Assembly: GCA_018242645.1 (NCBI GenBank)
Contig: JAFEBN010000001.1
Coordinates: forward strand, 1 to 60,824
DNA from: Planctomycetota bacterium
Lineage (GTDB): Bacteria; Planctomycetota; Phycisphaerae; Phycisphaerales; UBA1924
Reading direction: 5' to 3'
DNA length: 60,824 bases
The position numbers were made by a program, and so were the translations under genes. Shown here piece by piece: positions 8,477-17,568 of the stretch (positions within the stretch are counted from its first letter, which is position 1; the number at the start of each line of letters is the position of its first letter). The notes under the pieces are model-generated. The model was not told the DNA's origin. It did no database searches and saw only the letters and a program-made list of their open reading frames with translations.

Positions 8477-10354
8477 ATGAGCCAAGAGCCCACAACCGCG
8501 AGCAACCCGGCGATGACCTCCGCCTCCGGCGAGGACGCGCTGGGAGCGCTGAGCGAAGTTGAAAAAGGGCTGCAGGGTCTGCGCCGCCTCTACGAAGAGC
8601 GCAAGCAGATCGAAAACAAGCTCGCGGAAGCGCAGTCTCGCATCGTGGCGCGCGAAACCGAACTCGCCCAGCGGGAACAGGAACTTTCCGAATCACGCGA
8701 GCGTGAAAGCCGGCGCTCCGAGGAACTCCAGCAGCTGATGGACAAAGTTCATCAGCAGGATGAAGCGCTGCGTTCATCACGGGAAGAACTCGACCAGTTG
8801 CGGGCCCGCATGGAATCGCAGGCCGCGGAAGCACAGGAAGCGTCAAGGGCGCGGGAGGATGCGGACAGGAAATCCCGCGATCTTGCGACCGAGCTCGATG
8901 CCTTCGCGAACGAACTTCATCAGCTCCAGGCCGACCTCGAGAAGGACAAGCAGGAGCTGGAATCCAAACAGGCTGCGCTGGTCGAAGCCGCCAGGTCCCT
9001 CAAGGCGCGCCAGGACGAAATCGACGCCAGGCTTCGTTCCGAAGACGAGTCGTTTGCAGAACGCGAGCGCGCGTTGACCGAACGGACGGAAGCGCTCGCC
9101 AGGAGCGAGCAGGATTCGGCTCAGCATGCCCGTCTTGCCGATGCCGAACTGCAGAAGCGGCTCGAAGCCGAAACCGACTCCAACGCGCAGCTCCAGAAGG
9201 ACGTCGAGCGTCTCGCGCGCCGATGCTCCGCTCAGGAGGAAGTGCTCGCGGAGTACGAGCAGTTGCTCGCCGTTGAACGGGCGCACGTGCACTCGCTTGT
9301 CGAGGCCATCCAGACCAGCGATGATCAGCCCCGGGTTCGCGAGCACATCGACGAATTGAAGGACTGCCTCGCTAAGGAGCGCGCCGAGCGCGAATCCCTC
9401 CAGAAGCGACTCGCAGAGCTCCAGCAGGCCCGCAAATCGGCCCCCACCCACGCGGGCCGGGGTGTGAGCGAGCTGCGCCTCCGCCGGTTGAAGCGCTGCC
9501 GCACCATCCTCCGGGAGCAGGTCCACAAAGTTCGCAAGGCCAGCGAGGTGCTGGCCAAGCGCTTCGAGCAGTGCGAACAGGTGCTCTCGCAGCGTGCGGC
9601 GCTCGCCGCGACCAAGCGGCAGCTCGAGGTCGCCGGGGCCCGGATCGCGCGCCAGGCCGCCGCGAAGAAGGCCGGCGTGCTCACGCTCTGCGCACTGGGA
9701 ATGCTCGGCATTCTCGGTGCCCTCTCGTGGGCCGTGGTCGGCCAGATGTGGCCGGGGGATTACGCCGCACGCGTTGAGATCACCGCCGATGGCCGCGGTC
9801 GCGATCTGTCCGACGGCGAGCTCGACGAATGGCGCCGCTCGCTCGAATCCACGCTCTCCGATGCGCAGTTCGCCGAGACCGTGGCGCAGCGCATGAAGCA
9901 GCGCGGATACGAAACGCTCGGAACCGCGGTCGCCGTCCGCGCGCTGCTCACCGATTCCTTCTCACACGAGTCACCCTCGCCCGGCAACCTGACCCTCGAG
10001 ATCCGCACCCAGGGACGCGACCGGTCCGCTCGCACGCTCGACATCATCTCGACGGCGCTCGCGAGCGACGCCAACGCCGCCCGCGAACGCCGGGCCGACG
10101 GCGCCGTCACGCTCATCAAAGGAGCCGCCGCCGCGGGCGCTCAGCCCATCTCCGACCAGCGCCTCGCCCGCACCGGGATCGTCATGTCCGTCTTCAGCGT
10201 CCTCACGCTCGGACTGGGCTTCGGTCTCTGGCATCGCCTGTCGAAGGCCAAGCAGGAGTTCGAGCTCGGCTCTCAGATCGACCAGGTGCTCGACGAAGCC
10301 AAATGGGCCGAGTTCACCTCCGCGACGACCGTGCAGCGCCCCGGCGGCGTCTGA
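8477..10354 (+). CDS. Long coiled-coil protein with two C-terminal TM helices flanking a ~150-aa domain; function unknown
   Basis: About 415 aa of E/R/Q/L/A-rich heptad-like sequence. Then TM1 (GVLTLCALGMLGILGALSWAVVG), a ~150-aa non-repetitive domain, TM2 (IVMSVFSVLTLGLGFGLWH) and a short tail. I prefer ATG 8477 (MSQEPTT) to the TTG at 8450. Confidence 0.7.
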   Translation: MSQEPTTASNPAMTSASGEDALGALSEVEKGLQGLRRLYEERKQIENKLAEAQSRIVARETELAQREQELSESRERESRRSEELQQLMDKVHQQDEALRSSREELDQLRARMESQAAEAQEASRAREDADRKSRDLATELDAFANELHQLQADLEKDKQELESKQAALVEAARSLKARQDEIDARLRSEDESFAERERALTERTEALARSEQDSAQHARLADAELQKRLEAETDSNAQLQKDVERLARRCSAQEEVLAEYEQLLAVERAHVHSLVEAIQTSDDQPRVREHIDELKDCLAKERAERESLQKRLAELQQARKSAPTHAGRGVSELRLRRLKRCRTILREQVHKVRKASEVLAKRFEQCEQVLSQRAALAATKRQLEVAGARIARQAAAKKAGVLTLCALGMLGILGALSWAVVGQMWPGDYAARVEITADGRGRDLSDGELDEWRRSLESTLSDAQFAETVAQRMKQRGYETLGTAVAVRALLTDSFSHESPSPGNLTLEIRTQGRDRSARTLDIISTALASDANAARERRADGAVTLIKGAAAAGAQPISDQRLARTGIVMSVFSVLTLGLGFGLWHRLSKAKQEFELGSQIDQVLDEAKWAEFTSATTVQRPGGV

Positions 10355-10380
10355 CGATCTTCTTCCATGCAAGCGCATGA

Positions 10381-10410
10381 AAAAGGGCCCGGCTCGCCGG
10401 ACCCTCTTTG
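10381..10410. terminator. Possible bidirectional terminator hairpin between convergent genes
   Basis: AAAA-AGGGCCCGG-ctcg-CCGGACCCT-CTTT: a 9-bp stem with one mismatch, flanked by A-run and T-run. It lies between the stops at 10354 (+) and 10427 (-). Confidence 0.4.
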
Positions 10411-10426
10411 ATGATTCGAACACTGT

Positions 10427-11242
10427 TCAGATATTCGCGGTGATCATGGCGAGCCGGCCGCGCGAGGCCTCGACGCCCCGAGCCGCGACGTACAGAGCGA
10501 GCTGCTTGGGGTTGAACCCGGCCATGGGCATCGGCCGCGTGGTGATGATCTCGCCCGAAGAGCTGAATTCCGCGATCTGCTCGATGACCTTGCCGTTGTC
10601 GTCGATGGCCACAAGGCGGACGGTCTCGTTCGGTTCCGTCACGAACTTGTTGCAGAACACCCGGGCGGTCTGCTTGGCCGAGTTGTAAAAGACGGCGGCC
10701 TCGCCCTTGAACTTGGCGTCCTTGGCGACGAAGCTGATCTTCTTCACATCGGGGCTGAACACCGCCTCGGTCAGGTCGGCCTGCCCGAAAATATCGACGA
10801 GCTTGTTAAGAGCCGCGTCGTTGTTATTGCTCATCGCAAACTTCTGCATCTCCGCGTTCTGCCGGACCATCATGACCGACAGCACCACGGCGATCGAGAG
10901 CGAAGCCAGCGCCGCCACCCGCCAGGCCCGGCTGACCCGGCGGACCGGGTGCACGGTGGGAAGCTCACGACCCGCAGAATGCAGGCGGGACTTGGCCGCA
11001 CCGGCCGCTTCCGCGATCTCGGCCTTGATGGCGCCCAGGATGCGGGCCCGCAGCTCAACCGGCGGCTCGACCGTCAGGCGGAGGCGATCCGGCTTGGCGA
11101 AACGCGCCTGCTCGTCGCGCAGCTGAGCGCGAATGGCGGGCGACGCCGCGGAAAACGCGGCCTCGAACTCGGCTTGCTCCCGCTCGTCCAGAAGTCCGAG
11201 CGCATCAAGCTGGGCGGCTTCAAACAGTTCTTGCGTATTCAT
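10427..11242 (-). CDS. Anti-sigma factor (single-pass membrane protein, RskA-like N-terminus)
   Basis: Its start overlaps the stop of the ECF sigma gene (ATGA at 11242-11239). The N-terminus MNTQELFEAAQLDALGLLDEREQAEFEAAF resembles anti-sigma-factor N-terminal helices. One central TM helix (WRVAALASLSIAVVLSVMMV). Confidence 0.7.
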   Translation of the reverse strand: MNTQELFEAAQLDALGLLDEREQAEFEAAFSAASPAIRAQLRDEQARFAKPDRLRLTVEPPVELRARILGAIKAEIAEAAGAAKSRLHSAGRELPTVHPVRRVSRAWRVAALASLSIAVVLSVMMVRQNAEMQKFAMSNNNDAALNKLVDIFGQADLTEAVFSPDVKKISFVAKDAKFKGEAAVFYNSAKQTARVFCNKFVTEPNETVRLVAIDDNGKVIEQIAEFSSSGEIITTRPMPMAGFNPKQLALYVAARGVEASRGRLAMITANI

Positions 11243-11823
11243 ACAGCGAATTCCTCGCTTCCACGTTCCCGTAATCTGGTCAGAGCCCGGCTGAGCGCTG
11301 ACTTGATGGTTCCCAGAGGCGTGTTCAGCTCCTCGCCGATCTGCCTCAAAGTCTGCCCGCCCAGGTAGGCGCGCTTCACGACAGTCCGTTGCAGCTCCGG
11401 CAGCGCATCGATCCGCCGGAGCATTTCTTTCATGTTCTCTTCGCGTTCGCCGACCGAGCGATCTTCCGAACGGTCGGGCACGGCCACCGGCGTCGACTCG
11501 TCCAAGGCGGTTGGACGAATTCGGGCGCGGGTCCGACGCATGCGATCCACAAGCTGGCGCCGCGAAATCAGCATGACCCAGGTCACCAGCGCCGCCCGTT
11601 CAGCGTCGTAGCGTGCCGCCGTCCGCCACAGACGCACGAAGATCTCCTGCACGGCATCTTCGGCTTCGGCACGGGTTGGCATCGACTGGAACGCCATCTT
11701 GTAGACAAGACTCCCAAAGCGGTCGTACAGCTCCGCGACGGCTTTTTCGTCGCCGGCTGCCACGCGTTGCATCAAACTGATGTCAAGCGCGGCCTGCTCA
11801 CGATTGATCCGCCTGTCGGCCAT
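11239..11823 (-). CDS. ECF (sigma-70 group 4) RNA polymerase sigma factor
   Basis: Region 2 (FGSLVYKMAF...EDAVQEIFVRLW) and region 4 HTH (QRTVVKRAYLGGQTLRQIGEELNTPLGTIKSALSRAL). Start placed at ATG 11823 (MADRRINREQ), giving 194 aa. The 406-aa track ORF extends antisense through the neighbouring gene. Confidence 0.9.
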   Translation of the reverse strand: MADRRINREQAALDISLMQRVAAGDEKAVAELYDRFGSLVYKMAFQSMPTRAEAEDAVQEIFVRLWRTAARYDAERAALVTWVMLISRRQLVDRMRRTRARIRPTALDESTPVAVPDRSEDRSVGEREENMKEMLRRIDALPELQRTVVKRAYLGGQTLRQIGEELNTPLGTIKSALSRALTRLRERGSEEFAV

Positions 11824-12172
11824 GGTCGATCCCCCGACCCTTCCACCAAACAGATACGAATCACGCGGGTGGAACCACCCGCTGATCCCGATACGGGAAG
11901 ACTCCTGAAGTTGATGCCAGAATCCTCGATTTGCGACCTTTTCGCAAGAGCCTTTCGTAGGAAACGAGCGGGACCAGAAAAACGTCACGTTCGAGTTATA
12001 TTCGGACTTGAATTCCCCCAGGTCCGAATACCAAAAAGCCCTTGCGAGCTTCAGCCGATTCTGGTAGCGTGTGGGTGCGGGCACGAGGACCCCGCCGTTG
12101 GAGGTGACTTTGCGGGATCGCGAGACCCAATCTGGTCTCATTCCGGAAACCCCGGCACAAGGGTCGGTTGCG

Positions 12173-12886
12173 ATGCGCGCAGCCTTCACCTTGATCGACC
12201 TGATGGTGTCGATCGTCATCATCGGCGTCTTGATCGGACTGCTCCTCCCGTCGATCGCGAAGATCAACGAGGCCTCCCGGAGAGTGATCTGCCGTTCAAA
12301 CATGCGGCAGATCTCGATCGGCGTCTCAATGTTCGCATCCGACAACCTCCAGTTCCTTCCGAAAACCCAGTTCCTCGCCAACGCCAGTTCGCCTCGCTCC
12401 GCTTCCACCACCACGGTTCGCGTGGATGAATCGGGCGGAAGTCGCGCTCCGCGTGCCACCGATTACGACGGCCTGGGCCTGCTCTTCGCCAAGGAATACC
12501 TCGTCGCGCCGAAAATCTTCTATTGCCCTTCCCACCAGGGCGCCAATCCGTTTTCCAAGTACGCGGCGCAGTGGGCCGGCAAGCCCGGTGTAATTGTCGA
12601 GAACTATCAGTACCGCGGAACCATGGCCGACGGCACCCGCATGCTGAATGTAACGAGCGATGCCGCGATGGGTGCTCTGATATCCGATGCCCTCACCAGC
12701 GTGCAGGACTTCAGCCACAAGTCCGGACTGAATGTCATGCGGGGTGACCTCTCCGTCACCTGGCTCGCCGACAACGAAAAGAAGATCATCACGACCATCA
12801 GCCGCCTTGGAAACAAGGACAAGAACGTCGGCGATACCTGGCCCATCATGGACCAGGCCATGGGCCTGCCGCCCACCGACTACTAG
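12173..12886 (+). CDS. Prepilin-type N-terminal methylation-domain protein (DUF1559-like, type II pseudopilin-like)
   Basis: MRAAFTLIDLMVSIVIIGVLIGLLLPS is a class III signal / N-methylation-like hydrophobic N-terminus. From memory, the DUF1559 family is greatly expanded in Planctomycetota. Start at ATG 12173. Confidence 0.75.
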   Translation: MRAAFTLIDLMVSIVIIGVLIGLLLPSIAKINEASRRVICRSNMRQISIGVSMFASDNLQFLPKTQFLANASSPRSASTTTVRVDESGGSRAPRATDYDGLGLLFAKEYLVAPKIFYCPSHQGANPFSKYAAQWAGKPGVIVENYQYRGTMADGTRMLNVTSDAAMGALISDALTSVQDFSHKSGLNVMRGDLSVTWLADNEKKIITTISRLGNKDKNVGDTWPIMDQAMGLPPTDY

Positions 12887-12923
12887 TCGGCCAGCGCATT
12901 GCAACCCGGGCTACCCTCCGCGC

Positions 12924-13937
12924 ATGAACCGATTCATCCGCGGCATCTGCATCGCTTCCCTCCTCTTCGCCTGCTCGCTCGCCCGGGCTCAACTCACGCC
13001 CGACAGGCTTTACTTCGGCATCAATCGCGAGATCCCGATCACCGTCGCCGTGCCCAAGGGCAAAGAGGGCGAAGCGGTGATTGAACTGCTCCGACCCGTC
13101 ACCGCGGAAAAGGTCGCCACAGCTTCCGTGCTGCCCGGCAAGGTGAATCTCGCGACGCTCTTCCCGGTGCTCTGGAACACAAAGACCCCCACGCTGCTCT
13201 ACGCCCAGCTCTCTGTCGGTGGCGAGAAGATCGGCCCGGCGCTAGTCCTCCAACCCATGGTCAACCCGAAGAACGCGGTGCTGCAGGGCGGGGGAAAGCC
13301 CCGGTTTGTCGCCGCCAACCAGACCTTCTCCGGCCTTCGCATCTACGTCGATAAAAACGTGCGTGTCGACACCGACAAGGGCGTGATCGATTTCCAGCTC
13401 AGGCCCGACGTAGCCCCCAACACCGCTTGGAATTTCCGCGAACTCGTGGACGGCGGTTTCTACACCGACATCATCTTCCACCGCATCGTCCCCACCACCA
13501 ACAACGGGCAGCCCTTCGTCATTCAGGTCGGCGATCCGACCGGCACCGGCATGGGCGGCCCGGGCTACGCCGTCGATCTCGAGGAAAGCAGCCTGCTCCA
13601 TGATTTCGGCGTGCTCTCCATGGCTCGCTCCGGCGACCCCAACAGCAACGGATCACAGGTGTTCGTCTGCCTCAGCCGAGGCGGGACAGCATTCCTGGAC
13701 GGCAGTTACACCACCTTCGGCGAAGCGATCAGCGGCGCAGACGTCATCCGTGCGATCGCCGCGGCACCGATCGGTGCGGAAGGTCGCCCCCTCGATCCGA
13801 TGCCCCGCATCAAGTCGGCCACGCTCGTCGACGCCGCACCCTACGGCACCGGGCCCAAACCCATCACGCCGCCCGGCAAGTCCGAAGCCCCGGTGAGCAA
13901 CCAGCCCGCTAAAAGCGAAGCACCAGCCCCCCGCTGA
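12924..13937 (+). CDS. Secreted peptidyl-prolyl cis-trans isomerase (cyclophilin type) with extra N-terminal domain
   Basis: Signal peptide MNRFIRGICIASLLFACSLARAQ. Cyclophilin blocks FHRIVP...FVIQVGDPTGTGMGGPGY and SMARSGDPNSNGSQVFV. Start at ATG 12924. Confidence 0.88.
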   Translation: MNRFIRGICIASLLFACSLARAQLTPDRLYFGINREIPITVAVPKGKEGEAVIELLRPVTAEKVATASVLPGKVNLATLFPVLWNTKTPTLLYAQLSVGGEKIGPALVLQPMVNPKNAVLQGGGKPRFVAANQTFSGLRIYVDKNVRVDTDKGVIDFQLRPDVAPNTAWNFRELVDGGFYTDIIFHRIVPTTNNGQPFVIQVGDPTGTGMGGPGYAVDLEESSLLHDFGVLSMARSGDPNSNGSQVFVCLSRGGTAFLDGSYTTFGEAISGADVIRAIAAAPIGAEGRPLDPMPRIKSATLVDAAPYGTGPKPITPPGKSEAPVSNQPAKSEAPAPR

Positions 13938-14871
13938 GGTACATCGCGGGGTTCACGTCCGACTCGCCGAGCGTGTCGCGGTCGGAATTCCGCAGCTTCA
14001 GCTTCTCGAACACCATCGCACCCACGCGCGCCGAAACAGTGATATTCGGCGCGGGTGTCCAGTCGACGCCGAACGTCACGGGCACGCGCTCGTCGCTGCC
14101 GATGCCGTTTGGAACAAAGTTGTCATTGTCGAGCCTGAACTCGGAGTAGTCGTAGCGCCCGCCGGCGCTGAGACGCCAGTTTTCGTTGATCTCGTAGCTC
14201 AGGTACAAGCCCGGCTGGTTCTCGTTGGAGAGCCGCCACTGCTTGTTGATGCGCCAATCGATGCCCACAATCGGAAAGACGTACACACCGCCGCCCAGTC
14301 GGGAGCGCACGTACACGCCACCCGTGAGATCGAACCCTTCGGAGAGCTTGAGGATGACTGCGGCACCGCCGCCGCCCGTGAAGCCGTCCTGGAAGACCGC
14401 CGAGCTCTCGCCCGCGAAGTTGATGTTGCCGATGATCAGCGAAGACAGTGTCTCCGTCCACTGCGTCGCGAAGTTGACGCCCATGGTGTACGACTGGATG
14501 TGATTCCACGGTTGCGGATCGCCCGGAATGAGCGACGCACCGGAGGTGAAGTCGTACCACGACTGTTCAGAGCCCAGCGTCACGCTCAAGCGGTTCATCG
14601 GAGGCACCGGCGCCGTCACCGTCAGGCCCATGCCCGTCCGGAAGATGCCCAGGTCGCCCGTGTCGTTGTCCAGACCGCTCCGGAACTTATAACTGGCCGA
14701 AACATCGAGCACGGCCGTCATGCGGGGAGACCGTTCGTCGAATCCGGGCGCCGCCCCCTGGATGTCCTGACGCGGCCGCGTCGTCGGCTCCTGCGCCAGA
14801 GCGACCGATGCCAGCCCCGCGGCAAGTCCGACTGCGATAACAGAAAAGCGATTGCTCAAAGTTCGGGCCAT
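13909..14871 (-). CDS. Outer-membrane beta-barrel protein (family not assigned)
   Basis: Signal peptide MARTLSNRFSVIAVGLAAGLASVALAQ, alternating beta-strand-like sequence and C-terminal ...GGLVLRF with a terminal Phe. Start at ATG 14871. The longer track ORF runs across the tRNA gene. Confidence 0.7.
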   Translation of the reverse strand: MARTLSNRFSVIAVGLAAGLASVALAQEPTTRPRQDIQGAAPGFDERSPRMTAVLDVSASYKFRSGLDNDTGDLGIFRTGMGLTVTAPVPPMNRLSVTLGSEQSWYDFTSGASLIPGDPQPWNHIQSYTMGVNFATQWTETLSSLIIGNINFAGESSAVFQDGFTGGGGAAVILKLSEGFDLTGGVYVRSRLGGGVYVFPIVGIDWRINKQWRLSNENQPGLYLSYEINENWRLSAGGRYDYSEFRLDNDNFVPNGIGSDERVPVTFGVDWTPAPNITVSARVGAMVFEKLKLRNSDRDTLGESDVNPAMYLSGGLVLRF

Positions 14872-14985
14872 CCTTGTCCCACCTCGCCAGTCTAGCGAAC
14901 TTCCCGCCCGCCCGCACGAATCCCGCCCGAGGACGATCCGACGCGTAAACTCTGCCCCAGCCCGGGCGCCACGCCCGCGGCTTTC

Positions 14986-15058
14986 GGGGCGGTAGCTCAG
15001 TTGGTAGAGCGCCAGCTTTGCAAGCTGGATGTCGGGAGTTCGAGTCTCCTCCGCTCCA
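14986..15058 (+). tRNA. tRNA-Ala (anticodon UGC)
   Basis: 73-nt cloverleaf. Acceptor GGGGCGG/CCGCTCC includes a G3:U70 wobble pair, the alanine identity element. D-arm GCTCAGTTGGTAGAGC; anticodon stem-loop CCAGC-TTTGCAA-GCTGG; T-loop TTCGAGT; discriminator A. CCA is not encoded. Confidence 0.93.
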
Positions 15059-15238
15059 TTTCCCTTTGCGTCTTTGAAGCGCAAACCCCTTCCCACCCCG
15101 CTCCGAATCTCAAACTCGCTCCAACGGGAGACCGTTCGGAGAGAAGAGTCATTCTCTCTGAAGCGTTTGATGAACGTGTCTCAACACCCGCAGCCGATGG
15201 CCGGCTTGGTGACGCGTCACCCTACGGTTTGAGCCCGG

Positions 15239-16309
15239 ATGTCCTTCGCCCGTGCCATCATCCTGAAGACCGTTCGCTGGGTCCTTTGGTCTTCATGGGC
15301 GTTGCTCGGCCTTTGGAACGCGCTCGCCATCTGGTACTGCTTCCCGCTCGCACCCTGGGCGAACGGCTTAATCGCGTTCTCCATTCTGGCGCTCTTCGCG
15401 GCGTCTTTCCGCGAGCGCCGGCGGTCGCCGAACAGTCCGGTGCGACGTGGCTGGCGGATTGCCGCGGGAAGTATCTCCGTTCTCATCATGGCGTGGTATG
15501 TGTTCCTGGTGCGTCCCTTGCCCCCCGACGAATGGGCGCCCGAGCACGCACGCATGCCCCAAGTCACGATCGATGGACACCTGGTGCACGTGCGCGACGT
15601 CCGCAACTTTCATTGGCGTACGCCCACCGACTTCACGCCCGGCTTCTACGACCGCACGTACGACGTCGACAAGATCAGCCGCATGTACTACGTCGTCGCC
15701 CCGCTCAAATCACTCGACGCGGTCGCGCACGTGATGCTCTGCTTTGCATTCTCCGACGGGCAGGCGGTGACTATCTCGGTCGAAGGCCGACGCCCCAAGG
15801 GCGTGCCCTACGCCTTCCTTCCATCGCTCTTCCGTCAGTTTCAACTCATCTACATCATCGGTGACGAACGCGACGTGATCGGCCTGCGCGGCAACGTATG
15901 GGGCGTACCCGTCCGCATGTACCCCGCGCGCACGACAAAGGACCGCATGCAGGCGATCTTCCTCGACATGGTGAGGCGGGCCCACGATCTCGATGAACAC
16001 CCCGAGTTCTACAACCTGATCTTCAACAACTGCATGAACAACATCACCTACCACCTCCGGCGCTTGGGTGGCCGGCCCCTGCCGAGCGATCTGGCGGTCC
16101 TGCTGACGGGGCTCTCCGATCGCGTCGCGTTCCAGCTCGGTTACTTCGATACCGACCTGCCGTTCGACCTCGCCCGCCGTGCGTTCCGGGTGGACGAGTG
16201 GATGCGCACCGTCCCGCTGGACGATCAGTTCTCCGCGGGCCTGCGTGAAACGCTGCACCGCCAGGAGCAGGAACTGCTGCAGAAGGCCCCGCCCCCGACT
16301 CCACGCTGA
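15239..16309 (+). CDS. Membrane protein with C-terminal DUF4105-like domain
   Basis: Three N-terminal TM helices, for example WVLWSSWALLGLWNALAIWYCF. The blocks VMLCFAFSDGQAVTISVE...FQLIYIIGDERDVI...YNLIFNNCMNNITYHLRRL match my recollection of DUF4105. This is not verified. Confidence 0.6.
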   Translation: MSFARAIILKTVRWVLWSSWALLGLWNALAIWYCFPLAPWANGLIAFSILALFAASFRERRRSPNSPVRRGWRIAAGSISVLIMAWYVFLVRPLPPDEWAPEHARMPQVTIDGHLVHVRDVRNFHWRTPTDFTPGFYDRTYDVDKISRMYYVVAPLKSLDAVAHVMLCFAFSDGQAVTISVEGRRPKGVPYAFLPSLFRQFQLIYIIGDERDVIGLRGNVWGVPVRMYPARTTKDRMQAIFLDMVRRAHDLDEHPEFYNLIFNNCMNNITYHLRRLGGRPLPSDLAVLLTGLSDRVAFQLGYFDTDLPFDLARRAFRVDEWMRTVPLDDQFSAGLRETLHRQEQELLQKAPPPTPR

Positions 16310-17548
16310 TCAGTTGTGCGGCACCGCGAACGGGGGCTGCTCTTCTTCCATCTTGTCCACCCAGCCCGGCGGAACCTTCGACCACTCATAGCCCTTCTCG
16401 GCCCGCGAGTAACCCAGCTCGAACAGCTTGGTCATGTACTCGGGGTCGAAGTGATCGCTTGCCCGCGCCGTGAAGGAGTCGGGGATGTACGCCAGGTTGA
16501 AACCCACGTTGTCGCGCCGCGAGATCAGGTAGATCTGGTACAGATCGCCGATGCCCTGGGTGCGGATCAGCGCCGAGATGGCACGCCGCGCCACGCTCAG
16601 CGTCCGCCGCGGCACTTCCTCCCAGTCCGGCTTGAAGCGCGCATTGCGGATGATGAAGGCCTGCCTGTCGCGCACCACGCCGGCTCGCACGAACTTCGCG
16701 CCGATGTCGAGCGAGGCGGGATAGAGGAAAACCTGCGACTTGGTTCCCCCATCAACGTGCATCTCCTGGTACTTCCGTCCCTCGGCTTCGACGTCGATCA
16801 TCACGGGCGGAAAACCCGCCGGGATCGCGGCAGATGCCATCAGCACGTCATGAATCAGCCGGAGCGCACCCGGATCGCCGCTGGATGCGATCAGGCCGAC
16901 GTTCCAGATCACGCCCCGGTCGGCATCGAGATTCGTCGTGCCGATCAGAAGCAGCCGCCCCCGCTCGTACTCCCGGGCGATGTCCTTCATCATCTGCTCG
17001 TCAACGAGCGTTTCCATCAGTTGCCGCAGCGGCGTCGTGTCGAACATCGCATCGTCAAAGATGCCCGCGATCAGCCCGCGCGAGAAAAAAATGTCGCGCG
17101 TCGCGATGCTGGTGTAGACCCGGCGCAGCTTGTCGTCGTACGCGGGACCGAGGAACGCAAACGGCGCCGTCAGCGCGCCCGTGCTGATGCCCGTCACGAC
17201 CTTGAATTCCGGACGGGTGCCGGACTTGGACCATCCAACCAGCAGCCCCGCGCCGAATGCGCCGTCGCTGCCCCCGCCCGAGATCGCAAGGAATTTGACC
17301 GGCCCGATCGAATCGTCCGCGCGCCGGCTGCGTTCGATCTCCCGATCCGAGGCCGCGATGAGCTCAGCCAGGAATGGCGGGCTCAGGTCATCGTCCCACG
17401 AACGCACCGCCGGGTTGTTCAGCACCGTTGCCTGCGAACCGAGTTGCTCCGGCACCGCCGGTCCGCGCGAGCGTGACGCGCACGATGCGAGGCAGACACA
17501 GGCGACGAGCGGTAGCACCCGCACGACCTTGATCGCCGCTTCGAGCAT
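16310..17548 (-). CDS. Patatin-like phospholipase, lipoprotein
   Basis: Lipobox in MLEAAIKVVRVLPLVACVCLASC. Oxyanion-hole block ISGGGSDGAFGAG, nucleophile elbow GISTG and catalytic Asp block HVDGG. Start at ATG 17548, 20 nt after the upstream stop. The 663-aa track ORF is an over-extension. Confidence 0.88.
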   Translation of the reverse strand: MLEAAIKVVRVLPLVACVCLASCASRSRGPAVPEQLGSQATVLNNPAVRSWDDDLSPPFLAELIAASDREIERSRRADDSIGPVKFLAISGGGSDGAFGAGLLVGWSKSGTRPEFKVVTGISTGALTAPFAFLGPAYDDKLRRVYTSIATRDIFFSRGLIAGIFDDAMFDTTPLRQLMETLVDEQMMKDIAREYERGRLLLIGTTNLDADRGVIWNVGLIASSGDPGALRLIHDVLMASAAIPAGFPPVMIDVEAEGRKYQEMHVDGGTKSQVFLYPASLDIGAKFVRAGVVRDRQAFIIRNARFKPDWEEVPRRTLSVARRAISALIRTQGIGDLYQIYLISRRDNVGFNLAYIPDSFTARASDHFDPEYMTKLFELGYSRAEKGYEWSKVPPGWVDKMEEEQPPFAVPHN

Positions 17549-17568
17549 GAGAAGCCCCCCGGTTTGGT

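Noticed and set aside
11824-12172. ECF-type autoregulated promoter (GGAAC-N16/17-CGT) upstream of the sigma gene
   Set aside because: GGAAC and GAAC occur, but not in the right orientation or spacing relative to a CGT-type -10 element. I cannot support a call.
13909-15096. Track ORFs with long N-terminal extensions: 13909-15096, 1688-2770, 11239-12459, 16310-18301, 46244-47839, 57913-58917 and 29399-31306
   Set aside because: The extensions cross a tRNA gene or neighbouring genes and are Arg-rich. They also precede obvious signal peptides or conserved N-termini. Internal starts with SD motifs or 4-nt overlaps were chosen instead.
14986-15238. tRNA-Ala as an integration site for a genomic island
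   Set aside because: There is no integrase or recombinase, I noticed no repeat of the tRNA 3' end downstream, and there is no compositional break. The flanking genes look like ordinary envelope genes.
16310-17548. Patatin-like phospholipase as a CBASS CapV-type or other defence effector
   Set aside because: It carries a lipoprotein signal peptide and so is exported. There is no cyclase/CD-NTase, SAVED, TIR or other defence partner nearby.
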